NCBI GenBank assembly: GCA_034440375.1
Contig: JAWXBZ010000148.1
Location: 1 to 59,030 of the forward strand
Direction of reading: 5' to 3'
From: Candidatus Eiseniibacteriota bacterium
GTDB taxonomy: Bacteria; Eisenbacteria; RBG-16-71-46; JABDJR01; JAWXBZ01
DNA length: 59,030 bases
This document shows positions 20,019 to 29,271 of this stretch, piece by piece. Numbering within the stretch: the stretch's first letter is position 1; each line of letters opens with the position of its first letter. Under the pieces are notes generated by a model. That model was given only the letters and a program-made list of their open reading frames with translations, had not been told where the DNA came from and did no database searches. The translations under genes and the position numbers were made by a program.

Positions 20019-20723
20019 TTATCTTTGCGCAACGAGCACGATGCTCGTGGATGATGTCGTATGCAGGTTGAGTTTCTGTCCCGGCTCGAGCACGAGATCG
20101 TCGCCCTTGGTGGTCAGCACGATGACAGTCCCAACCCCCGCACCGGCACCGGCGCCAATCAACGCGCCCTTCTTGCCGCCGGCAATTCCGCCGATGATGG
20201 CTCCCAGGACACCGCCCCCCGCAATTTTTTCGACATCGCCCCGCGTGTTGGAGTCGGCCTTCAGCGTGAGAGACTGTGCCGAGATCCGGTGCATTTGTCC
20301 TCGCACGTCCTCGATCTGTTCAAAGTTGAGGGTCATTCGGGCCCGACCCTTGATCTTGCCGGAATCCTGCACGTCGCTCAGCACGCCGCGGACCGTGGCG
20401 CCGGTCGAAACAACCGTCTTGCCGTCCACAATGATCGGCTCAACCGTCCGGGCACGGAACTGGTCTCCGGCATGGTTCACGTCCGAGGAGAGCCTGGTTT
20501 CAAGCGATGCCAGGATATTGGTGCCGGCCGGGATAACCATGGTCTCCGTGCGCGGCTTCGGTGTCTCCCTGACCGGCTTCACCGAGGGCGCCGGCTTGAC
20601 CGAGGCACCCGGCTTTACCGACGCCGTCTGAACGGTGTCAGGGTTGTCACTTTTTGAGCATCCGATCATGCCAACAATGGCCGTCAGCAAGGCTATCGTG
20701 ATGTTTCCTGTGATTCGTTTCAT
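20019..20723 (-). CDS. Lipoprotein with TrbI/VirB10-like beta domain and glycine zipper
   Basis: Lipobox MIGC, IPAGT..LETRLSS...GDQF, and GGGVLGAIIGGIAGGKKGALIGAGAGAG. Confidence 0.7.
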   Translation of the reverse strand: MKRITGNITIALLTAIVGMIGCSKSDNPDTVQTASVKPGASVKPAPSVKPVRETPKPRTETMVIPAGTNILASLETRLSSDVNHAGDQFRARTVEPIIVDGKTVVSTGATVRGVLSDVQDSGKIKGRARMTLNFEQIEDVRGQMHRISAQSLTLKADSNTRGDVEKIAGGGVLGAIIGGIAGGKKGALIGAGAGAGVGTVIVLTTKGDDLVLEPGQKLNLHTTSSTSIVLVAQR

Positions 20724-20844
20724 GAGCTTTCCTCTTTTCCTTTAGGTCTGACTCTCAAAGACGTTCCGAATTTTCGCGTCACATTGACGCCTTCATCGTG
20801 TCAACCGGCGCGTGTTGTCCCTCGATCATCTGCCTTTTCACGCA

Positions 20845-21702
20845 CTATTGGGTTGCGGCCCGGTAGTATTTCATCGCCTCGGGCATTTCCTGTCCGATCT
20901 TGGCGATCCGGGTGGCATCCGACGGGTGCGTGCTCATGAATTCGGGGGGCGAGCCGGATTTGCCCTCACTCATGCGCTTCCAGAAGGTAAGAGCCTCATT
21001 CGGGTTGTATCCTGCCATGGCCATGAAGATAAGACCCAGGTGATCCGCCTCGTTTTCCTGGAGCCGACCGAAAGGCAGGAGGGCCCCGTACTGCGCACCG
21101 AGACCAAAGGCGGTCATCCAGATCTGCTGTGTCTTCTGCGGATTCTTCGAAAGGGCCTCGGAAAGCGCCATGCCGCCGAATTGAGCCAGGAGTTGCTGGC
21201 TCATTCTCTCGCTGCCGTGCTCGGCCACGGCGTGAGCAATCTCATGCCCCATGACCACGGACAGGCCGGCCTCGGTCTGTGTTATGGGGAGGAGCCCGGT
21301 GTAGACAACGACTCGGCCTCCCGGCATGGCCCAGGCATTGGCATCCTTGTTTTCAACGAGGTTGAAGCGCCAGTCGTAGCCACTCAGCTGGTTGGACAGG
21401 TTTTCCGCCCGAAAATACCGTTCCACTGCCCCCTGAATGCGCGAGCCCACGCGCTTGACCAGTTCCGTATTCTCCCTGTCGGTGCTTAGCTTGTTGGAGT
21501 TCAGGAACGCGCTGTACTGCTCATTGCTCATCGAGAGCATGGTCGATGAGGGGATCAAGTCGAGCTGCTTACGATTGGTAACAGCCACCCGGCTGCAACC
21601 CGTCTGGAGCGATACGAGGGCCAGGAATCCTGCGAGCAGCCATCCGCGGACGGCGCGCCTCCCCCCCCTTGAGAATCCCGCAGCTCTCACTGGATTAGTC
21701 AT
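20845..21702 (-). CDS. M48 family metallopeptidase
   Basis: NAWAMPGG, HEIAH zinc motif, ENEAD and FMSTHP. Confidence 0.92.
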   Translation of the reverse strand: MTNPVRAAGFSRGGRRAVRGWLLAGFLALVSLQTGCSRVAVTNRKQLDLIPSSTMLSMSNEQYSAFLNSNKLSTDRENTELVKRVGSRIQGAVERYFRAENLSNQLSGYDWRFNLVENKDANAWAMPGGRVVVYTGLLPITQTEAGLSVVMGHEIAHAVAEHGSERMSQQLLAQFGGMALSEALSKNPQKTQQIWMTAFGLGAQYGALLPFGRLQENEADHLGLIFMAMAGYNPNEALTFWKRMSEGKSGSPPEFMSTHPSDATRIAKIGQEMPEAMKYYRAATQ

Positions 21703-22231
21703 GGAGCGTCCAGATTTCGACGCCCTGGGCCGCCGTCACCATATAGGGGCGCGGCGAGTTGGCAATTCCGGAAAACTGCGATCCGAAACTGGCAACTTCA
21801 ATTCTGGACGACACCAGGCCTTCGGCAACAAGTCGATCGCGGACGGCATCGGCCCGCCGCAACCCGAGGCCGAGGTCTTTCTCTGTCTTGTGTGAGAAGC
21901 CCACGACCAGGAGGCGCGGGTTTCCGGATTTGACTTCCGCCGCGATCGTCCGGCAGACGGCAATGCCTTCGCTATCCACCGTGGTGCTGTTGTCCTGGAA
22001 GGCAATCTCGTTCAACCGACGGTTCGGCTTCCTTGACGGTGCCGGAGTCGGCATTGTGTCGTAATCCCAATGGGTTGGCGCCGACGCATCGATCCGGCCG
22101 GCCGTGTTCTCCGAAGCTTGGACCTCACCAGAGGAGTTTCGCGTCGAAGTGGATCGAGACGACCCGGCGCAGCCGACCACGAGAATAAGGGCGGCGGCCA
22201 GCGAGATATATTTTGAAAGTTGAATCTTCAT
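21695..22231 (-). CDS. OmpA-like peptidoglycan-binding lipoprotein
   Basis: Lipobox VVGC and LGLRRADAVRDRLVAEG..RIEVASFG. Confidence 0.7.
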   Translation of the reverse strand: MKIQLSKYISLAAALILVVGCAGSSRSTSTRNSSGEVQASENTAGRIDASAPTHWDYDTMPTPAPSRKPNRRLNEIAFQDNSTTVDSEGIAVCRTIAAEVKSGNPRLLVVGFSHKTEKDLGLGLRRADAVRDRLVAEGLVSSRIEVASFGSQFSGIANSPRPYMVTAAQGVEIWTLHD

Positions 22232-22270
22232 GACAATCCCCCATTGGGTGAGTGCAAGAGAATGCGCTGC

Positions 22271-22417
22271 TCAGAGTACTTTTCTTCCCTGGATGACCCG
22301 GATCAGCACCGCAGCAATGGCGATAACCAGAAGAATGTGAATCAGACCGCCACCGACGTGACCGATCAGGCCAAGGGCCCAGAGAACGACGAGAATGAGT
22401 GCCACTGTCCAAAGCAT
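22271..22417 (-). CDS. lmo0937-family small membrane protein (copy 1)
   Basis: Below ORF-track cutoff. MLWTVALILVVLWALGLIGHVGGGLIHILLVIAIAAVLIRVIQGRKVL with a strong AGGAGG RBS. Confidence 0.85.
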   Translation of the reverse strand: MLWTVALILVVLWALGLIGHVGGGLIHILLVIAIAAVLIRVIQGRKVL

Positions 22418-22459
22418 GACGCCACCTCCTGGTGGTAAGAGTTCTGGCCGACCGCAGGA

Positions 22460-22687
22460 TTACGGACTTGCCAACTTCAACTTGTCGATCGTTGACTGTG
22501 TAATCGCACACTTCGCCTTCAGATCATCGATCCTCTGATGCGTTTCAAAACTGGTCTGGGGACCAGCCTTCAAAGCTCTGGCGGTCAGATCGTCGATCCT
22601 CGTTCGCCACAGCGCTAATTGCGCCTCCATTCTTTTCACGTCGGCTTCCACTGTTGTTGCCTCGGAGTCACTGGTCCTCCCTTTCAT
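22460..22687 (-). CDS. Small coiled-coil stress-type protein (sll1863-like)
   Basis: MEAQLALWRTRIDDL...QRIDDLKAK pattern. Paralog at 38063. Confidence 0.6.
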   Translation of the reverse strand: MKGRTSDSEATTVEADVKRMEAQLALWRTRIDDLTARALKAGPQTSFETHQRIDDLKAKCAITQSTIDKLKLASP

Positions 22688-22857
22688 TCCGATCGAGTGG
22701 CCGCACTTACTGAAGATTGTCGGTCCCACCAGCGCCCGGCCGCTCCGCCAAGGAGGTGCGAAACGAGCGTGATCACAACAAGTGCGGCTACGAAGCCGGC
22801 GATTCGTCGGAGAAGGTTGCTTTCGGTGCGCTCGACCCGCGTCGAGGACTCCATCAT
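22684..22857 (-). CDS. Small single-TM hypothetical protein
   Basis: MMESSTR...IAGFVAALVVITLVSHLLG. ATGA overlap with the next gene, first gene after a sigma54 motif. Confidence 0.45.
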   Translation of the reverse strand: MMESSTRVERTESNLLRRIAGFVAALVVITLVSHLLGGAAGRWWDRQSSVSAATRSE

Positions 22858-22924
22858 GCGGGCTCCCGGTATCCGAAATGCCCTTTCCCAGGTGTTGCGG
22901 TAGCTGTTCATGCCAGTAAAGCAG

Positions 22925-22940
22925 AGCAATCTACGTGCCG
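22925..22940 (-). promoter_or_regulatory. sigma54 -24/-12 promoter
   Basis: CGGCACGTAGATTGCT (GG-N10-GC) next to an AT-rich tract, divergent from the activator gene. Confidence 0.75.
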
Positions 22941-23056
22941 ATTAATAAAACATCTATAAAATGTTATTCTACTTATACTTAAGTTGATTTTCCCTGTTCA
23001 GACACTTGCACTCACCCTCAGTACGAAGTAATTTCGATCGGAATGAGGGGGTAAAT

Positions 23057-24724
23057 TTGAGGGTTGACGACCTGAACATCAGGGAAATGCTGGACCTGGG
23101 GGCCGGAAGCGGTTTGATCCGCTTCGCCGGTCAGCGCGCCGTCCTGATGGACTCCTCAGCCCTGGGTGACCTCCGCCGGGAACTGATCAGCAAGCTTGGT
23201 CTCACGGCGGCTCGCGCGATATTGACCCGGTTCGGGTTTGTCCACGGCTCCCGGATGGCCGAATTGATGAAGGCTCGATTCAGCTGGGAGAGCAAGGAGG
23301 ACTGGGTGCATGCCGGCGGGCGCATTCACATGATTGAAGGAATGTACCGGCTGGATCCCGGGACCACCGGTCCGCTGTCAAAAGATGGAATGGCCCTGCT
23401 CGAGTCGTACGAGTCGGAGGAGCACATCGTCAACATGGGGCGCAGCGACGTCCCGGTTTGTTGGACGATTACCGGCCTCCTGAGCGGCTATCTGAGCCGG
23501 GCCATGGACCAGCAGATTTACGTCCTGGAGGAGCGCTGCATCGGATGTGGCGACAATGTTTGCCAGCTCTTCGGCCGGACGCGCGAGGAGTGGGGCGGCG
23601 AGCGTGAAGACGAGCTCCAATTCTTCCACACCCAGGACCTCAACGATTTGCTGGGTGAGTCGCTCCACCGGATCACGGAAACACTCAAGGAGGCCGAGCA
23701 GCGGCTTCGTGAGAGGAAGCGCGCGTTAACACGCGTGACGCGTGACGTGGAGGACCCGCACGGTATGGTCGCCCGAAGTCCCGCCATGCGGCGGCTTGTC
23801 GACATCGCCCGGCGAATCGCCCGGGTGGACTCCACGGTTCTCGTCACCGGAGAAAGCGGGACCGGCAAGGAGCGGATTGCCCGGCTGGTGCACGAAACGT
23901 CCGCTCGGGCGCTGGGGCCGTTCATCGCAGTCAACTGCGGCGCCATCACCGAAACCCTGCTCGAAAGTGAACTCTTCGGCCATGCGCGCGGCGCCTTTAC
24001 CGGAGCGGTGCAGGACCGGCCAGGGCTGTTCGAGGCGGCAAACAAGGGAACCATTCTGCTCGACGAAATTGGCGAAGTACCGGTTGGCATGCAGGTCAAA
24101 TTGCTGCGCGTCCTGCAGGAACGCGAGATCCGGCGCGTCGGCGAGAACAAGAGCCGGCCCATCGACGTCAGGGTCATTGCCGCGACGAATCGAGAATTGA
24201 CCGAGGACATCACCACGGGCCGCTTTCGTCAGGATCTGTATTACCGGCTGAATGTGGTCGAGCTGCATGTGCCGTCGCTCCGGGAACGGCGGGAGGATAT
24301 TTTACCGCTAGCCCGTCAGCTGTTGGCCGAGGCGACGATCCGGCTCAAGCGTCCAATCGAGGGTTTGTCCCCGCGGGCCGCCGACCAGCTTCTCAGGTAC
24401 AGCTGGCCCGGCAATGTGCGCGAGCTGGAGAACGCGATGGAGCGGGCCGTTGCGCTGGCGCGCGTCGACCGCACGGATTTTGACGACCTTCCGGAGGAGG
24501 TCCGACGGGCGGTTCCGACTCCGTTGCTGTCGGGCCCCGTCAAGGCACTCGACAGCGTGGAAAAGGAATACATCCTGGCGGTGCTCGCTCTAAACGGAGG
24601 CAACCAGGCCCGTACGGCGGAACAGCTGGGCATCGGATCGGCGACACTCTACCGAAAGCTGAAAAAATTCGGCGCCGCCACCGAGAGCGACAACGCTGGC
24701 AACGAGGACATGGCCAGCGATTGA
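23057..24724 (+). CDS. sigma54-dependent activator, XylR_N/V4R-AAA+-Fis HTH
   Basis: GLIRFAGQRAVL, CWTITG..SGYLS and E.RC...G...C (V4R). GESGTGKE, GAFTGA, LLDEIGE, WPGNVREL and a C-terminal HTH. Confidence 0.93.
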   Translation: MRVDDLNIREMLDLGAGSGLIRFAGQRAVLMDSSALGDLRRELISKLGLTAARAILTRFGFVHGSRMAELMKARFSWESKEDWVHAGGRIHMIEGMYRLDPGTTGPLSKDGMALLESYESEEHIVNMGRSDVPVCWTITGLLSGYLSRAMDQQIYVLEERCIGCGDNVCQLFGRTREEWGGEREDELQFFHTQDLNDLLGESLHRITETLKEAEQRLRERKRALTRVTRDVEDPHGMVARSPAMRRLVDIARRIARVDSTVLVTGESGTGKERIARLVHETSARALGPFIAVNCGAITETLLESELFGHARGAFTGAVQDRPGLFEAANKGTILLDEIGEVPVGMQVKLLRVLQEREIRRVGENKSRPIDVRVIAATNRELTEDITTGRFRQDLYYRLNVVELHVPSLRERREDILPLARQLLAEATIRLKRPIEGLSPRAADQLLRYSWPGNVRELENAMERAVALARVDRTDFDDLPEEVRRAVPTPLLSGPVKALDSVEKEYILAVLALNGGNQARTAEQLGIGSATLYRKLKKFGAATESDNAGNEDMASD

Positions 24725-24786
24725 ACATCACGAAAAGCCTGGAAGCCCGGATCCCTGGGGTCGCCGGGCTTCCAGCAGGACATTCG

Positions 24787-24936
24787 CTACAGCGGTCGCC
24801 GGCCCTGAATGACCCGGACAAGAATGGCAATGACGGCAATTACGAGCAGGATGTGGATCAGGCCTCCCATTGTGTAGGACGTCACCAGTCCGAGCAGCCA
24901 GAGAATGACGAGTATTACGGCAATTGTCATGAGCAT
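24787..24936 (-). CDS. lmo0937-family small membrane protein (copy 2)
   Basis: MLMTIAVILVILWLLGLVTSYTMGGLIHILLVIAVIAILVRVIQGRRPL with AGGAGG RBS. Confidence 0.88.
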   Translation of the reverse strand: MLMTIAVILVILWLLGLVTSYTMGGLIHILLVIAVIAILVRVIQGRRPL

Positions 24937-24966
24937 GGCACTACCTCCTATCGGGGTTGAAATGAT

Positions 24967-25002
24967 CAGGATGCCGGGATCCATGAAGACCCCGGCATCC
25001 TG
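24967..25002. terminator. 12-bp perfect intercistronic stem-loop
   Basis: CAGGATGCCGGG / CCCGGCATCCTG just after the ompA stop. Confidence 0.55.
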
Positions 25003-25013
25003 CATTGGTGTAC

Positions 25014-26534
25014 TTATTCGCCGAGCTTGAGCGTTCTCCGCCGCTCCCGCTCCCTCTTCAACACTTCGGTATTCAACACCTTGAATTCGACGCGGCGATT
25101 CTTCGCCATCCCTTCGACGGTAGTGTTGGGTGCCACGGGTTCACTTTCGCCGTATCCCTTGGCCGTGTACTGCGATGTGCTGATGCCCGGGAACTTGCCG
25201 GTCAGGTACTCAAGGACCGAGTTAGCCCGCTTGTGCGACAAGTCATGGTTGTAGGCGTCAGAACCGCGAGCATCCGCATGACCGCCGATCTCGACGCGCA
25301 GATCAGGCCACTGAATCAGGATGTTTCCAACCTCGTCCAGGACACGGTACGACTCGGGAAGAATGTTCCATTTGGCGGTTTCGAACTTGATGTCCCGCAC
25401 GGTGATCTTGCCCGTGTCGAGAAGCTCGGTCTCTTTCTCGTTCACTTCGATCGGGCAGCCGTCCTTGTCCACGCGCGTGCCCGCCGGTGTGTTCGCACAG
25501 CGGTCAAGTCCGTCGTAGACGCCGTCTGAATCCGAATCGGTGGGGCAACCAGCGAGGTCCACCGTGGCCCCCTTGGGTGTATTCGGGCATTTGTCCGTGC
25601 CATCCGGAACGCCATCGCCATCCGCGTCTAGCGGACAGCCCCTGGCGTCGACGGTGACTCCCGACGGCGTGTTGGCACACTGATCAATTCCGTCGTAGAC
25701 CCCGTCCTTGTCGGAATCGAGGGGGCAACCGTAGCTGTCAACCTTCGCGCCCAACGGGGTGGCCGCGCAACGATCAAGGCCATCCGGAACTCCATCCTTG
25801 TCGCCATCAATCGGACAGCCGTTGACGTCGACGAGCGCGCCGAGAGGTGTACCGGGACAGGTGTCCCGGTCATCAGGGACGCCATCGCCGTCCGCATCAT
25901 CGGATTCAACGCGGCCGCCGAGGCTGAACTGAATTCCCAGGGTCATGAAGAGGTTGTTCTGGGTGCCATCGCTCAGGGCCGAAGGGCTGTCGAAGCTAAG
26001 GGTGACGTCGCGGACCTCGGCTCGCATGCCGACCCGCGGTGACAGGTTCCCGATGACACCCACGGCGACCTCATAGCCGGAAAAAGTATTGTCCTCCACG
26101 ATCACCGGGGCGTCACTGTTGTAGGCAATCTGGTGATAGCCACCCAGAAGATACGGAGTCAGGACCGATGAAATGGGGAGCTTGAGGAGGAGGTCACCAC
26201 CATAATGGTGGAGATCAGCTCCAACTTCGGGACCGACACTGACCCTCGGCGTATACATTGTAGGCCCGAAAATGGCTTCCGCCGGGACATAGCCGTAGTT
26301 GGCTTCCACCCCGATGTTACGGCTGAGCATCAGGCCCAGACGGCCACCGAAAATGGGCTTGTCTCTCAGGTTGACGCCATCATCCCAGTGGGTAAAGCCC
26401 GCGTAGGGTGTGATGGTCACGTGAACCCCGTCCACCTGCGCCAACGCCTGGCTCGGCAGGAGGATGAGGCCGAGCAGGAATGCCGGGAGCAATCGTCGGA
26501 CAGCGCGTAGTGTAATTTTTACCGAGGTAGACAT
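25014..26534 (-). CDS. OmpA/OprF-like protein: beta-barrel, thrombospondin type-3 repeats and OmpA C-terminal domain
   Basis: Signal peptide, barrel strands, D.DGDGVPD repeats, GHAD..G...YN..LS..RA and NRRVEF. Confidence 0.92.
   Translation of the reverse strand: MSTSVKITLRAVRRLLPAFLLGLILLPSQALAQVDGVHVTITPYAGFTHWDDGVNLRDKPIFGGRLGLMLSRNIGVEANYGYVPAEAIFGPTMYTPRVSVGPEVGADLHHYGGDLLLKLPISSVLTPYLLGGYHQIAYNSDAPVIVEDNTFSGYEVAVGVIGNLSPRVGMRAEVRDVTLSFDSPSALSDGTQNNLFMTLGIQFSLGGRVESDDADGDGVPDDRDTCPGTPLGALVDVNGCPIDGDKDGVPDGLDRCAATPLGAKVDSYGCPLDSDKDGVYDGIDQCANTPSGVTVDARGCPLDADGDGVPDGTDKCPNTPKGATVDLAGCPTDSDSDGVYDGLDRCANTPAGTRVDKDGCPIEVNEKETELLDTGKITVRDIKFETAKWNILPESYRVLDEVGNILIQWPDLRVEIGGHADARGSDAYNHDLSHKRANSVLEYLTGKFPGISTSQYTAKGYGESEPVAPNTTVEGMAKNRRVEFKVLNTEVLKRERERRRTLKLGE
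25452..25901 (-). repeat. Five tandem 90-bp (30-aa) TSP3-like Ca-binding repeats
   Basis: xDxDxDGVxDxxDxCxxTPxGxxVDxxGCP, five copies. Confidence 0.9.
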
Positions 26535-26624
26535 GTAATTCCTTTCCAGAAGAGATCTACTCATGAACAGACAGGACTCCAGAGGGAGTTCGCATCTGGC
26601 CCATCGGCCAACACAAGGTTCTGA

Positions 26625-26640
26625 AGCAATCCGTGGGCCG
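26625..26640 (-). promoter_or_regulatory. sigma54 -24/-12 promoter for ompA
   Basis: CGGCCCACGGATTGCT about 90 bp upstream of the start, next to an AT-rich tract. Confidence 0.65.
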
Positions 26641-26770
26641 CGGCCGCCAAATTAAGTCAAACGATTTAGCCCCATGGCGTTAACGAAAAAAATGGGCCGG
26701 GGGAGCCATCACTTCGATTTGGCATCCATCAAGATGAGTGGGCGGCCAGGGTTCCAGAGCCGGGGTCCGC

Positions 26771-28858
26771 TCAGCGGGGCTCCCAGGCAACCGACACCGC
26801 TGATTCTCCATCCTCGAAGCCTCGAGCGACATCCAATCGGAGTTGGCCGTGGCGCCCGATGCCAGCCAACCGGAGACCGACACCAGCATCCAGCTGCCAT
26901 GGGATCCGGTCGGATGTCAGCGTGTCCCATGGTTTGGCTCCATCGATGAATGCCGCCCAACCGAGGCGCAGCGGTCCGAGGATCCAGGGCCATTCCTGCT
27001 TCTCCAGGCCGCCATGAACAAGTGCGCGTCCAAAGACGCGTCCATTCAGGACCCCATCCTCCAACAGGGGGTGCGCCCGAAGGAGCGGTGCCCGCGCGTG
27101 GCCCGTGCCCGCTCCCGGCCAGAGCGCCAGCGGACAATTGAAGGAAACGCCCTGTATCCCCAATCGAGCCAGCCACCCACCTCGGTTGGATGCTTTCGGC
27201 CCCCACCCGACCAGCAGGCTGCCCGCCTGAAACGGACGGCCTCCACCAGGACTTACCCAACCGGCTCCTTCCGCCCTCATGGCCAGGCGATCTCCAGCGC
27301 CCCGAGCCTCCAGGGTGGCGCCGACGGAAAGGAAGGACCCGCGGTCCGCCCACTTGTCCAGCGCGGCAGAAGTCTCGAGGCGCAGATCGGGGCCGATCCA
27401 GTCCGAAAAAGAGAGCGAGGTGCGACGGCGTTCTTCACGAACGGCTCCGGAACCAGTGCTGCCACCGTCCGCGTCGGGTTCCACGATGGCGTAGGACTGA
27501 CGCTCCCACGTACCTTCTACACGCCAGATGCCGGGCCGGCCCCCCACGGCCGGCACAGCCAGCGCCAGCAGGAACCGCGGCCGCTCCCTCCACCACCGGT
27601 ATTGAACGGTCCACAGTTCGCCCTGTCCCGAAGGGCTGGCCACGTCAATGGATACCTGCCGGTCGACGATTGACCGGAGGGCCATGCCGCCCGCATCCAG
27701 CGGGCCATTGAACAGCAGTGGGCGCTCGAACACCGCGACATTCACCCGGGCGATTCCTCCCGGCAACGGTTTCAGGCCGAGGCGAGATTCCGAGTGCGCC
27801 GGAAACTCGGACAGCCGCCGGCGTGCGCGGCGAAAGGCGCCGGGCGTGATCATCTGGCGCGGCGACAGGTCGAGCTGATCGGCCACCACCCGATAGCGTG
27901 TGCGAACCAGACCGTCCATGTGTGCCAGGTCCATTCGCGGCTCCGAAACCCGATTCCAGGCATCAAGGGCGCCCTCGATGTCGCCGCTCAGGAACCGGCT
28001 GCCGGCCAGGAGGCGCCAGGTATGAGAATCCTCCTGATCCAGCGCCAGGGCGCGCTCCGCCACCCGGGCCGCACCAATCCAATCCTCGGCAGTGAAGCGC
28101 AGGCCGGCGAGTTCACGAAGGGGGGCCGCTGACAGGGGGCAAAGCGCCTCGGCCGCAAGCAGCGTCAACTCGGCCCCGGCGGCATCGCCAGCCAGTGCCT
28201 GTCGGACTCCAGCATCCACGATCGTGTCACAACCAACATCCCCAATGTTTTTTTGGGGGGTGGTGGTCGACGATTCCGAGGCATCAGGAATTGTCAGGGG
28301 CTCGGGCGGAAGGATCAGGAGCGCCCAGCGCTCACTGCGAGCCCAGCTGGCAGCGAATTCCGATTCGCGAAGGACCCGATGCGGCCCGATGGCGGGGTCA
28401 TGCAGGATGACGCTCCCATTGGCCCAGGCCACAACAACCACGTAGTGCTGGGCGCCGGAGCCTTGGCCGACAAGCAGGATCATCGGACGCCCCTCGGCCA
28501 GATGGCTCCGAACGATGGATCGATCGCCGGTTACGGGGAGGGCGGTCCACCCTCGCGACCGGACGGCCGAAACCAGCCCATCGGTTCGAATTCCGGCGGA
28601 GCCCGGTTCCAGCAGGTGGGCGAAGTCTTCGGCGAGAACGGACGATTCGCCCCAGTAACGCAGAATCATGGCCAGAGCCGCGCCGCCGCAGAGCGCCTCG
28701 CTTTGAGAAACATACGGCACATCAAGCAACCGCACGTTCTCGTTGGCGGCGGGTGTTGCCAAAGCAACCACCGCCTGAAATGCAGAAGCGGCCACCGCCA
28801 AACAGGCGGTGGCCGCGAACCACATTTTCACAATCGGCCGACTATCAGTTGGCCACAA
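26771..28858 (-). CDS. C39-like cysteine peptidase-TPR-POTRA-outer-membrane beta-barrel fusion
   Basis: LDVPYVSQSEALCGGAALAMILRYWG (Cys), QHYVVV (His), LHDP (Asp). TPR-like helices, POTRA-like DGLVRTR...ARRRL...VNVAVFERP, and C-terminal DAGVGLRL...LRLDVARG strands. Confidence 0.75.
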   Translation of the reverse strand: MWPTDSRPIVKMWFAATACLAVAASAFQAVVALATPAANENVRLLDVPYVSQSEALCGGAALAMILRYWGESSVLAEDFAHLLEPGSAGIRTDGLVSAVRSRGWTALPVTGDRSIVRSHLAEGRPMILLVGQGSGAQHYVVVVAWANGSVILHDPAIGPHRVLRESEFAASWARSERWALLILPPEPLTIPDASESSTTTPQKNIGDVGCDTIVDAGVRQALAGDAAGAELTLLAAEALCPLSAAPLRELAGLRFTAEDWIGAARVAERALALDQEDSHTWRLLAGSRFLSGDIEGALDAWNRVSEPRMDLAHMDGLVRTRYRVVADQLDLSPRQMITPGAFRRARRRLSEFPAHSESRLGLKPLPGGIARVNVAVFERPLLFNGPLDAGGMALRSIVDRQVSIDVASPSGQGELWTVQYRWWRERPRFLLALAVPAVGGRPGIWRVEGTWERQSYAIVEPDADGGSTGSGAVREERRRTSLSFSDWIGPDLRLETSAALDKWADRGSFLSVGATLEARGAGDRLAMRAEGAGWVSPGGGRPFQAGSLLVGWGPKASNRGGWLARLGIQGVSFNCPLALWPGAGTGHARAPLLRAHPLLEDGVLNGRVFGRALVHGGLEKQEWPWILGPLRLGWAAFIDGAKPWDTLTSDRIPWQLDAGVGLRLAGIGRHGQLRLDVARGFEDGESAVSVAWEPR

Positions 28859-29243
28859 GAATGATAATCAACAAAATGATGATGATTGCCGTAGTTGACA
28901 ATACGACCGTGCTGGTACCACCAATTCCGGCGTTGATCTCAGCGGCTTGCGCCGACAGCACCTCGAGCTCCGCTCCGGAAAGCACCGACGCGGCGGCACT
29001 CGCCCGTGTGATGTCCAACCCGGCCTTGCCCGCCAAGTCACGAACTTCCGGACGCTGCAGCATAAGCTGGATGGCCTCCCGGCTGGCTGCTTCCTGATCG
29101 GATTGCTGATCGATCCGATCCTGAATCTGGCTGGCGTCGACCACATGGCGGGATGACCCGTTATCGGCGACGGCCTCGTTCGCCGTCACTCCCATGACCA
29201 GGAGGGTGAGCAGGGTCAGCGCCGATGTGAAAGCTTTTTTCAT
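28845..29243 (-). CDS. PA2779-like exported protein with Gly-Gly before a hydrophobic C-terminal tail
   Basis: Signal peptide, L.RPEVR...G.D...A....LS..EL..L, then AGIGG-TSTVVLSTTAIIIILLIIILVAN. Confidence 0.7.
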   Translation of the reverse strand: MKKAFTSALTLLTLLVMGVTANEAVADNGSSRHVVDASQIQDRIDQQSDQEAASREAIQLMLQRPEVRDLAGKAGLDITRASAAASVLSGAELEVLSAQAAEINAGIGGTSTVVLSTTAIIIILLIIILVAN

Positions 29244-29271
29244 TAGGTACCCCTTTGTTGAGAACATCAAA

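Noticed and set aside
20019-20723. Conjugation/T4SS element suggested by the VirB10-like domain
   Set aside because: No other T4SS, relaxase or integrase genes are present. It looks like a stand-alone lipoprotein.
23057-24724. Aromatic-degradation regulator (xylR/dmpR) call
   Set aside because: The domain layout matches but no catabolic genes are nearby, so no gene symbol was given.
25452-25901. Regularly spaced repeats that could suggest CRISPR
   Set aside because: They are degenerate in-frame 90-bp coding repeats with no unique spacers and no cas genes.
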